From an uncultured bacterium (GTDB lineage: Bacteria > Bacillota > Clostridia > Oscillospirales > Oscillospiraceae): a stretch of DNA of 24,000 nt. The translations under genes and the position numbers were made by a program. Of the stretch, positions 15,867-23,856 are shown one piece after another. The stretch is taken from positions 37,283 through 61,282 of the forward strand of contig CAOKLO010000011.1 in the NCBI GenBank assembly GCA_948469375.1. Direction: 5' to 3'. A model generated the notes under the pieces. The model made no database searches. It was not told the DNA's origin and worked only from the letters and a program-made list of their open reading frames with translations. Numbering within the stretch: the stretch's first letter is position 1; every line of letters starts with the position of its first letter.

Positions 15867-15944
15867 GATACAGAAATTTACAGAAGAGTATAATCAGCAC
15901 AAAATATCCACAGTAAAACACAGTGCAAGAGAGGGGGGGGTATA

Positions 15945-16214
15945 ATGAAATGTCGTATTGATTGCAAGGTATGTTGGCAACGAATAAAAAGTCAAATTTA
16001 TATCATCCGGGATGATAAGTTTATTCTTTTGAATGAATCGGCTTCATTGATATGGATGGGGATTTATCAAGGAAAGACTACTACAGAAATCGCCAAAGAT
16101 TTATACAACCTCTATGGTACTGATTTCTCTGTTATTTTAGATGATGTAAGTGGAACAGTAAATGATTTAATTTCTGCCGGGGTATTAACTTATGGAAATG
16201 TTCAATTCTCTTAA
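15945..16214 (+). CDS. PqqD-family peptide chaperone (stand-alone RRE)
   Basis: 89 aa. The pattern LLNESASLIWMGIYQGKTTTEIAKDLYNLYG...DDVSGTVNDLISAGVL matches the PqqD/RRE fold signature. Confidence 0.8.
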   Translation: MKCRIDCKVCWQRIKSQIYIIRDDKFILLNESASLIWMGIYQGKTTTEIAKDLYNLYGTDFSVILDDVSGTVNDLISAGVLTYGNVQFS

Positions 16215-17211
16215 GGAGATATCTAGTTATACGCAAGCTCACCAAGTGTTATGGAATGCGCAAATTGAACTTCTTACATTGTGTAATTTTGCTTGCCAAC
16301 ATTGCTATATACCTAATAGAACATCCAAAGGACTTCCTTTGTTGGTAATTAAAGACTTAGCTACTGCATTTTTTAACATGGGTACATTTAATATAACATT
16401 AACCGGCGGAGAGCCCTTATTGCGAGATGATATATTCGAAATTATTGAAGAATTTCGGAATAAGGGATTAAGAGTTAAGCTTTATAGCAATGCGTCTTTA
16501 CTAGATAGAGATAAATGTATACGATTAAAGGAATTGGGAATTAGTCAGTTTTCAACAACTATATTTTCCCTAAATCCTCAAATTAATGATTGTATTACAT
16601 GCAAAAATGATTCTTTAAATTTTATTCTACCTAATATAGCATTGTTGGAAGAATTATGTGTGCCAGTTCAAATAAAAATGCCAATTCTGAAAATGAATTA
16701 CGAGTCTTATGAAGAGCTTAAAACATTCTGTGGTGCGCATAATTATAGCTTTTTTCCAAGTCCTAATATTTCCCCCAAAACCGACGGTGATTCTTCACCA
16801 CTGAAATTTGAACTAGCTGAACGAGAATTTGCGAAAATGATTCGCAAAATAGATGCAGAACACACAAAAAATGTGACTGGGGATCAAAATGCTTTTAGAA
16901 AAGAAGATATCATTTGTCATTCGTTGAATAATTCGGTTTTTATTAATAGTATCGGCGATGTTTTTCCCTGTATCTCATGGCCAGTAAAGTTAGGGAATAT
17001 TTTTGAAAAGTCAATAGCGGAAATTTGGAACACTTCTGATGTATTACAATACTTAAGGAGCCTAAAGAAATCACATATGAAGTTCTGCGGAAAATGTGAA
17101 TATTCTACGCATTGTACAGTTTGTCCGGGAGATTCCATGATGGATGGTGATATGTTGGGGTGTTCACATCTACAAAAAAAATGTGCAAAAGCCATTATGG
17201 GACTTATATAG
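16192..17211 (+). CDS. Radical SAM / SPASM-domain peptide maturase
   Basis: CNFACQHCY (Cx3Cx2C). SPASM signature: CHSLNNSVFINSIGDVFPC (Cx12Gx4C), CGKCEYSTHCTVC, and a distal Cys. Overlaps the PqqD-like gene by 23 nt. Confidence 0.9.
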   Translation: MEMFNSLKEISSYTQAHQVLWNAQIELLTLCNFACQHCYIPNRTSKGLPLLVIKDLATAFFNMGTFNITLTGGEPLLRDDIFEIIEEFRNKGLRVKLYSNASLLDRDKCIRLKELGISQFSTTIFSLNPQINDCITCKNDSLNFILPNIALLEELCVPVQIKMPILKMNYESYEELKTFCGAHNYSFFPSPNISPKTDGDSSPLKFELAEREFAKMIRKIDAEHTKNVTGDQNAFRKEDIICHSLNNSVFINSIGDVFPCISWPVKLGNIFEKSIAEIWNTSDVLQYLRSLKKSHMKFCGKCEYSTHCTVCPGDSMMDGDMLGCSHLQKKCAKAIMGLI

Positions 17212-17549
17212 GAAATGAAAGACGTAAGTTCATTTTACAAATCTTAAGTCCCAAATAGCAAATAATTTGGAAAAGGGAGAGAATGTGTAGATTAGAAATT
17301 TTGGTACAGCTATAGTAACGTTAGTCCCTCTATAGAACTGATCTTGGCCTTCAACCACGACCGAAATTTCTTGCCATTTCGCTTTTTCTGAGCTTCTCGT
17401 AGTATATTATAGGGATGAGCAAACGCGAGTTTTGCAAAAGCACAGTGCAGTGGTGTTTATTTTCTCTGCAAGTGCTATATGTCGTATCATATCGTAAGCA
17501 AATTCTAGTTTTGCCTGTCCCTATAAAATTTTAAAAGGAGGTGTAAAAC

Positions 17550-17663
17550 ATGAAGTATGAAAAGCCTGCAATTCTCGTCAACAAAACGATGCCGCGTGCG
17601 GCTGTTGGGGCCGATTGTGGTCACGGCAACAAGTGCAATGGCCCGAAAGATGATCATGACTAG
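17550..17663 (+). CDS. RiPP precursor peptide, 37 aa: MKYEKPAILVNKTMPRAAVGADCGHGNKCNGPKDDHD
   Basis: It falls below the length cut-off of the ORF track. SD AAGGAGGTG at 17535-17543 lies 6 nt before the ATG. Stop is TAG at 17661-17663. It sits between the maturase and the exporter genes. Confidence 0.7.
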   Translation: MKYEKPAILVNKTMPRAAVGADCGHGNKCNGPKDDHD

Positions 17664-17674
17664 GTAAAGGAGAT

Positions 17675-17710
17675 GGCAGTCAGTATATAAAATACTGACT
17701 GCCAGTTTTA
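17675..17710 (+). terminator. Hairpin with T-run directly after the precursor gene (terminator or attenuator)
   Basis: 11-bp stem GGCAGTCAGTA / TACTGACTGCC, 7-nt loop, then AGTTTTA. Confidence 0.6.
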
Positions 17711-17713
17711 AAT

Positions 17714-19498
17714 ATGATAAAGGTTGTACTTAAAAATCTTCGCTATGTTCGCTATGCGATACAAGCTGACAAAATCAGTGCCTGGTCAATTATTTTGCTG
17801 AGTATGGCGATAAGCAGTATGTCAGCAGCGAAAATACTTGCAATTGGGCAATTACTTGATGATGTTGCCTTGTCACAATCCTTTGGATTCAGACGCATGA
17901 TTGTGAATACGTGCCTCGTCGTTTTCGTTTATTTGATGGAATACGTATTGTCTGCACTTCAGAACTATCTAAGGTTCAGAATTTGCATTCGCTTGAACAA
18001 CCAGATGGAAGATAAATTTTTCCTCAAGCTATCTGTTGTTCAGTATTCTTTACTGGAAGATAAAAAGAACAGCGATTTGATTTTTCATGTAAAAGATGGC
18101 ATTGAAAAAAGATTTTCGGACGGGTTTTCGCATGTGATAGAATTCTTTTCTTTTGCTTTTAGAGCTGCAGGAGTACTTGGGGTAATAATCACAAAGAATA
18201 TAAGCACAGGTATGATTCTTCTGCTACTCTTTGTTAGCTTGGGCCCCTTATATCAAAAATTAGGGGAGGTCAACTATCAAGCATATGCGGAAGCGAATAA
18301 AGCATTTCGCCGTGCCAAAAGCTATCTCCAAATCCTTTCAGACCGGGAGTACGCGAATGAGCGAGAAGTATTTGGCTATGATGCCTTTTTTAATAAAAAG
18401 TGGAGAACTTACTATCAAACCGCAATCGAAAAAGAAAGAGGTGCATCTAAACAGAATCATTTTAAGATTCTATTGGTAACTATTACCATAACATTTATGA
18501 CTGCATTATTGAGTTGTATCATGATTCCTGCATTGCTCAGAGAATCGCTCTCTCTTGGAGTTTATGTGCTGGTTGTGACACAATTGTTCAATTTGGTACA
18601 TTTTATGTCGTGGAATTTTTCTGATATCACGGAAAATCTTTCAGAAAATGCATTATATCTGGACGATTTTGATCGGTTTATGGATTTGAACGATACTACG
18701 CGGGCGGAGGGAGGAATCCTGCCTTCTCAAAAGCACATAAACATCCGAATCGAAGACCTGTCCTTTCGTTATCCAGGCTGTACGGACTATGCATTAAAGA
18801 ACGTTTCTTTTGAATTCAAAGAGGGAGTACATTATGCCATAGTCGGAAAAAATGGCGCTGGAAAAACTACGCTTGTAAAATTGCTGTTGGGTCTATATGA
18901 CGAATATGACGGGCAGATTCTGATCAATGGCGTAGACATCCGAACGCTTTCAAAGGCCACTCTCTCTTCCGTTTTTTCCGTAGTATTCCAGGATTATGGG
19001 AGATACGCGCTGACACTAAAAGAAAATGTTTTTCTGACGGATTTTGACGATCCACAGAAAGCGGCACAAGCGGAACGTATTTTGTCTCAACTGGGCTTTT
19101 GGGAGGGCCTTTGCCATCAGGAAAACAGAATGGATATTAGTCTCGGTAAACTTGACGAGGGCGGTATCGACTTATCGGGAGGACAGTGGCAAAAGCTTGC
19201 TATTGCAAGGGGGCTCCTGTCCGATGCTCTTGTATACATATTGGATGAGCCCTCCAGTTCGCTGGACCCAATCAGTGAAAGGCATTTATACGATCTATAT
19301 GACAAGGTTTTTAAAGAATATACAACCATTACGATTACCCATAGATTAGGAAATACAAAGGGGCAGGATGAAATTTTGGTTTTAGATGGTGGAACGCTTG
19401 CGGAATTTGGGTCCCATGAAGCATTGATGAAACGGCATTCCATATACTATGAAATGTTTACCCACCAAAGGAGTTGGTACCATGCGGAAAGTTCATAA
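17714..19498 (+). CDS. ABC exporter, fused permease and ATPase
   Basis: N-terminal TM region. Walker A GKNGAGKTT, signature LSGGQWQKLA, Walker B VYILDEPSS. No obvious SD before the ATG. Confidence 0.9.
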   Translation: MIKVVLKNLRYVRYAIQADKISAWSIILLSMAISSMSAAKILAIGQLLDDVALSQSFGFRRMIVNTCLVVFVYLMEYVLSALQNYLRFRICIRLNNQMEDKFFLKLSVVQYSLLEDKKNSDLIFHVKDGIEKRFSDGFSHVIEFFSFAFRAAGVLGVIITKNISTGMILLLLFVSLGPLYQKLGEVNYQAYAEANKAFRRAKSYLQILSDREYANEREVFGYDAFFNKKWRTYYQTAIEKERGASKQNHFKILLVTITITFMTALLSCIMIPALLRESLSLGVYVLVVTQLFNLVHFMSWNFSDITENLSENALYLDDFDRFMDLNDTTRAEGGILPSQKHINIRIEDLSFRYPGCTDYALKNVSFEFKEGVHYAIVGKNGAGKTTLVKLLLGLYDEYDGQILINGVDIRTLSKATLSSVFSVVFQDYGRYALTLKENVFLTDFDDPQKAAQAERILSQLGFWEGLCHQENRMDISLGKLDEGGIDLSGGQWQKLAIARGLLSDALVYILDEPSSSLDPISERHLYDLYDKVFKEYTTITITHRLGNTKGQDEILVLDGGTLAEFGSHEALMKRHSIYYEMFTHQRSWYHAESS

Positions 19499-21275
19499 GA
19501 AGACGTATAACATACGAAGAGTGTTTGGGGAGGTTGTGAGGGTTTCCCCTCTTCAATTTTTTCTACAATACGTCCTGGCTGTTGTGAGTTCTGTCTTCCT
19601 AGGCTTATTTATCGTACAATTGCAAAATGTATTTGATCATGCGGCAATCGTAGTTGAGAGCGCGTCTGCGGATGGCGTCTGGAGCCTGCTTTGTTCCTTA
19701 CTCATCCTGTTCCTGTACAAAGCTGGCTCGGAGAGCTTGGAAATCGCCAACGGATATCTTGGAAATGATTTTTATAACCGTTGCGCAGCATATTTTCTGG
19801 ATCTATATAATCAAAATATCGCCAAGATGCGCGCAATCACATTTGAAGAGAATGACAATTTAAAGCTCTATCGCAACGCATTGACGGGAGCAACTTCAGC
19901 TAGAGGAATGTTGCATGTCATCATGGATATATTTACACTTTATATCCCTTATTTCCTCACGATCATTTTCTATTTGGCAAAACAGGACGCCAGCCTGCTT
20001 GCCATTGTCCCACTTGTCGCCATACCGATCTTTATTACGAATCAAATTAAGAAGAAGAATTACCAGAGACTACATAAACATACGATCCATCCAAAACGGA
20101 AAAAAGAAGAATACACAAAATACCTTTCCGAATTTCCGTTTCTTAAGGAAGTTCGTGTCAAGGAGGCGTTCCGGTTCTTTTATGGAAAATATCTGTGCGC
20201 AAGGTCAGAATACAACAAACTTTGTCTGTCCACAAATGATCAAGAATTCATGCTAAACCTTGGCACAAAAATGATTACCTTGCTTGGTTTTATAACGATT
20301 TTGGGCCTTCTGATCGAGCGGCTAGCTACAGGGGCAATCAGCATTGGTGCCTTTGGCGCTATCTTTTATTCGTTGGACGACATGTATAGTTTGATGGAAG
20401 AAATGCTTATATCGAGAATCGAAACATATCATAAGGGGCTACCTGCTTTGAAATCATTTATTCAATTTGTGAATGGCGCATATACAGAGCAGGGGGAAGC
20501 AACAGGAACGGCGGGGCGCATTCCCTTTAAAAAGATGTCGTTGGAAAGCATTTCATTTATTTATCCAAATACAACTCGAATGGTCCTCAAAAATATCAGC
20601 TTTACCATTCATCGGAATGATAAAATCGCAATCGTAGGCTATAACGGGAGCGGGAAGAGCACATTGGCCAAAATCTTGCTTGGGCTATACAGTCCAACCG
20701 AGGGCACCATTTTGATAAATGACGACCCGGGTATAAGATCCGGCCCTCAAAATGCCAGCGTCATGTTTCAGCAATTTAATCGCTACAAAGAGACAGTTTT
20801 TAATAATATCTGGATCAGTGAGGCAACGGGCGATGAATCGGCTGGGGAGCAGGCGAAAAAAATAGCTTCTGAACGATTGAGGCAAATAAACCTGAATCAT
20901 TCCGTGCACGTAGAAGATACGCTGGACATATTATGCGCACGTGAATTTGGAGGCATCGACCTTTCCGGTGGACAATGGCAAAAATTAGCGACCGCGAGAA
21001 TGCTATATCGCGACCGTGACTTTATAGTATTGGACGAGCCGACAGCTGAAATCGATCCAGTATCAGAATCTCAGATGTTTCGTCTGTTTGAGAGCGAAAT
21101 GAGGAATCGGACGGCAATCATTATTACGCACAGAATGACCTCCATTCGTTTCTGTAACAAAATAATTGTCTTGCGGGATGGAGCGGTCGATGCCATCGGA
21201 GACCACGAAACTTTAATGAAAACTTCAGACCTTTACTACGCGTTGTATCACTCGATTGAGGAGAGATACCATTGA
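19482..21275 (+). CDS. ABC exporter, fused permease and ATPase (second subunit)
   Basis: AAAGGAG at 19467-19473 precedes ATG 19482, which overlaps the upstream gene by 17 nt. Walker A GYNGSGKST, signature LSGGQWQKLA, Walker B FIVLDEPTA. Confidence 0.9.
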   Translation: MRKVHKKTYNIRRVFGEVVRVSPLQFFLQYVLAVVSSVFLGLFIVQLQNVFDHAAIVVESASADGVWSLLCSLLILFLYKAGSESLEIANGYLGNDFYNRCAAYFLDLYNQNIAKMRAITFEENDNLKLYRNALTGATSARGMLHVIMDIFTLYIPYFLTIIFYLAKQDASLLAIVPLVAIPIFITNQIKKKNYQRLHKHTIHPKRKKEEYTKYLSEFPFLKEVRVKEAFRFFYGKYLCARSEYNKLCLSTNDQEFMLNLGTKMITLLGFITILGLLIERLATGAISIGAFGAIFYSLDDMYSLMEEMLISRIETYHKGLPALKSFIQFVNGAYTEQGEATGTAGRIPFKKMSLESISFIYPNTTRMVLKNISFTIHRNDKIAIVGYNGSGKSTLAKILLGLYSPTEGTILINDDPGIRSGPQNASVMFQQFNRYKETVFNNIWISEATGDESAGEQAKKIASERLRQINLNHSVHVEDTLDILCAREFGGIDLSGGQWQKLATARMLYRDRDFIVLDEPTAEIDPVSESQMFRLFESEMRNRTAIIITHRMTSIRFCNKIIVLRDGAVDAIGDHETLMKTSDLYYALYHSIEERYH

Positions 21276-21333
21276 CTTTCTTTGATTAGAGCAATCGACG
21301 CAATATCCAACATCCAGCGCAAGTGAACGAGGA

Positions 21334-22443
21334 ATGACAATCGGAAGGAAAGACCATGCCGAGTGCCTTATGGACAACCAAGATCAGTTTTTCTTTTACG
21401 CGAATAGTCACTTGCGGAGGGTGGATTTCATCTTGGTCCACATCTCTCAATGGGGTGAGATACGGATGGCTCACTATATGAAAGTCAGCACGGAAATCTA
21501 CCAAGTGTATCTCAAGTATATAGCTCCAGAGGACATACACGTCTATTCTATTGACGAGGTGTTCATGGATGTTACAAACTATCTTGCCACCTACGGCCTA
21601 TCACCCCGGCAGCTTGCAATGAAGATGATTCTTGATGTTCTTGAGACAACCGGCATTACCGCTACAGCGGGCATCGGGACGAACCTATATCTCTGTAAGA
21701 TCGCAATGGACATTTGGGCAAAGCACATTCAACCGGACGAAAACGGTGTCCGCATTGCTGAACTGGATGAGATGAGCTATCGCCGCAACCTGTGGGACCA
21801 TCGGCCACTCACCGACTTCTGGCGTGTAGGCAAAGGCTACGCAAAGAAGCTGGAGGCCAACGGACTTTACACGATGGGGGACATTGCGCGGTGTTCCACC
21901 GGCAAGCCTACGGAATATTACAATGAGGATTTGCTATATAAGCTCTTTGGCGTGAATGCAGAATTGTTGATAGATCACGCCTGGGGATGGGAACCTTGTA
22001 CTATTGGTGACATCAAGGCATATAGGCCAGAGAGCAGCAGTACCGGTTCAGGGCAAGTATTACAGTATCCATATCCGTTCGCAAAGGCCAAGCTAGTAGT
22101 ACATGAGATGGCTGACCAGCTATCGCTTGACCTTGTAGACAAGGGCCTTGTGACCGATCAGTTGACGCTGACCATTGGATATGACATTGATAATTTGCGA
22201 GATCAGGAGATCAGTAGCACTTATCAGGGAGATGTAACCGTAGACCGGTATGGTCGCGCCGTACCCAAACAGGCCCACGGAACAGAAACTATGGATGTAT
22301 ACACGTCCTCTACCAAGCAGATCGTTCGTGCGGCACTGGCGCTTATGATGATATTATCAACCTTCCCCATCATGTCTCAGACCGGCATCCGCAAATGCCA
22401 ATTAGGGATAGGGCGGCGCAGTTCTCGCCGTTTGCGGCGCTAA
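21334..22443 (+). pseudogene. Y-family (DinB/UmuC-like) DNA polymerase remnant, truncated at both ends
   Basis: Recognisable similarity starts near RMAHYMKVSTEIY (about nt 21466). It includes the SIDEVFMDVT catalytic block, the ATAGIGTNLYLCKIA motif and an HhH region. The N-terminal block carrying the first catalytic Asp is absent. The C-terminus runs into unrelated residues after TSSTKQIVRAALAL. Confidence 0.7.
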
Positions 22444-22739
22444 CCGGATATGAGAGAGAAGTGAAAGAAGCCGCAAGGCTTACTGAAAAAAGAATTGAGC
22501 TCAGTTCGGAGCAAAAAGAAATATTGAATGAGCAGTTGCGCCTGTTGGAAGACGGGGCGCTACAAGGGACCGTTGCATCATTTACGTTCTTCAAGCCAGA
22601 TGATCGGAAAGATGGTGGAGCCTATGTTACTGTAGCAGGGAGGATAAAGAAAATCGACCTGGTAGAACGTAATATCATTCTTCTTGATGGAACCATAGTC
22701 CCCATTGATGCACTTTATCAAATTTACAGCGAGGCGTGA
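22395..22739 (+). CDS. YolD-like protein (Y-family polymerase accessory family); its N-terminus may be damaged
   Basis: RAAQFSPFAALTGYE motif. The same frame is open upstream and reads YDDIINLPHHVSDRHPQ, but with no start codon. Confidence 0.7.
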   Translation: MPIRDRAAQFSPFAALTGYEREVKEAARLTEKRIELSSEQKEILNEQLRLLEDGALQGTVASFTFFKPDDRKDGGAYVTVAGRIKKIDLVERNIILLDGTIVPIDALYQIYSEA

Positions 22740-22785
22740 AAAGGCCCCAGTTCAGCAGGTAACTGACCAATATCGACCTATAATG

Positions 22786-22815
22786 AAAAAAGGAGCAGAA
22801 ATGCTCCTTTTTTTC
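22786..22815. terminator. Bidirectional rho-independent terminator
   Basis: AAAAAAGGAGCA-GAAA-TGCTCCTTTTTTT. Confidence 0.7.
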
Positions 22816-23071
22816 TTTGTTCGACAAAATTTGACAAAAGAATTCAACAGAATCATATATAATGTTAACAAGTTTAGATGCTAATCTTTCACAGAAATAA
22901 CGCTTGCGTGGTTTCTATGGCCGATCAGTTCTTCACTAGATCCATTAGTGTGTAGGCCATAACCAGCAGGACGTTTTTCAAAACAGAAAGGTTTAGCATG
23001 AGCTTGTCCCCTCTAGGTCAGGGGCAATATGCCGTTGATCTAATCGCGTACACTCTTTTCAATAGAATTCA

Positions 23072-23125
23072 AAAAAGGAAAAGGCCACAAGAGACTAGCA
23101 GGTCTCTTGTGGCCTTTTCCTTTTT
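23072..23125. terminator. 24-bp perfect hairpin flanked by A and T runs (strong bidirectional terminator or structured RNA)
   Basis: AAAAAGGAAAAGGCCACAAGAGAC - TAGCAG - GTCTCTTGTGGCCTTTTCCTTTTT. Confidence 0.7.
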
Positions 23126-23355
23126 CGACATTTACTTCCGAAATTTGACAGCATTCGACAAGCAATGCTTCTGTAAACCGGCATACAACGGCTGTTGTTT
23201 TCCCAGAATATGCTTGTGTTGTAGACGCACGGCAAAAAAAAATAATAGAAGACAGAAAAATTTGCATTCCTGCGGAGATTGGTATCTCTGCCGTGGCCCT
23301 CCTGATTGTTGATGCTTCACCCCGAACACAACCATCACACAATCAGGAGGAAATC

Positions 23356-23856
23356 ATGTTTGATAAACATAGCGACTACGCACTGAACAAGCTGGACCCG
23401 GAGGCCATTGTCTGTCCCAGCGCCACCGGCATACATATCCGGCTGACCCGTGAGGACTTCGCCAGCGAGGAAGACTTTCTTTACTGGAAAAAACTGTCCG
23501 ACGGAGACTACAAGGACATTGAGAGTGCGGGGCGCGGCTATTACGATTACTGCATTTCCTTGACCGAGGCCAGGAAATCGACCAGCACATCTGCCGAGGA
23601 TGCGTTTCTTGCTCCGCTGATAGCAGCAGAACAGAGAGAGCAGAGGATCGCGCTGTTAAAGAAAATCAAGGATGCTCTGACGGAAACGCAGTACCGCCGC
23701 TTGTGGATGTACTGCGTGGAAGAAATGAACGAGGCCGAGATTGCGCAAGCCGAACACGTTGGACAACCGCGAGTTTGCCGCTCCCTCTGCCGTGCAAAAA
23801 TTATTCTGAAAAAAATTTTTTCAGAGGGCAGCAAAACAGGGGATAAAAACGGCTGA
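23356..23856 (+). CDS. Sigma-70 family (region 4) ICE regulatory sigma factor
   Basis: SD AGGAGG at 23345-23350 precedes ATG 23356. The C-terminal region-4 HTH reads LTETQYRRLWMYCVEEMNEAEIAQAEHVGQPRVCRSLCRAKIILKK. Confidence 0.75.
   Translation: MFDKHSDYALNKLDPEAIVCPSATGIHIRLTREDFASEEDFLYWKKLSDGDYKDIESAGRGYYDYCISLTEARKSTSTSAEDAFLAPLIAAEQREQRIALLKKIKDALTETQYRRLWMYCVEEMNEAEIAQAEHVGQPRVCRSLCRAKIILKKIFSEGSKTGDKNG

Larger units (their letters stand above)
15680..21300. other. AT-rich cargo islet carrying the RiPP cluster (boundaries approximate)
   Basis: Composition shifts abruptly. Hand counts gave 18/60 GC at 16261-16320 against 38/60 GC at 4441-4500. Confidence 0.6.

Noticed and set aside
13183-15944. 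A canonical mobile group II intron surrounding the RT ORF.
   Set aside because: There is no GUGYG-like 5' end. There is no domain-V-like 34-nt hairpin with an AGC triad and a GNRA loop. The hairpin at 15694-15729 has AU-rich inner arms and a 10-nt loop. Upstream sequence is occupied by intact protein genes.
17415-17534. A 39-codon ORF (MSKREFCKSTVQWCLFSLQVLYVVSYRKQILVLPVPIKF) as a second precursor, along with tiny ORFs at about 17215 and about 17283.
   Set aside because: It has no usable SD and bears no resemblance to the 37-aa precursor leader. It runs through the SD region of the real precursor. The 338-nt spacer 17212-17549 remains unexplained, but I cannot support a gene in it.
21286-21540. 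The minus-strand 84-aa ORF at the right edge of the AT-rich island as a remnant recombinase or transposase.
   Set aside because: It has no recognisable motif and overlaps the polymerase-remnant frame. I cannot support it as a gene. The island boundaries therefore remain without an identified mobility gene.
22998-23342. The track ORFs 22998..23312 (+), 23040..23342 (-) and 23132..23338 (-).
   Set aside because: The first two span the 24-bp terminator hairpin and the third lies wholly in the AT-rich spacer downstream of it. None has an SD, and all translate to low-complexity sequence.
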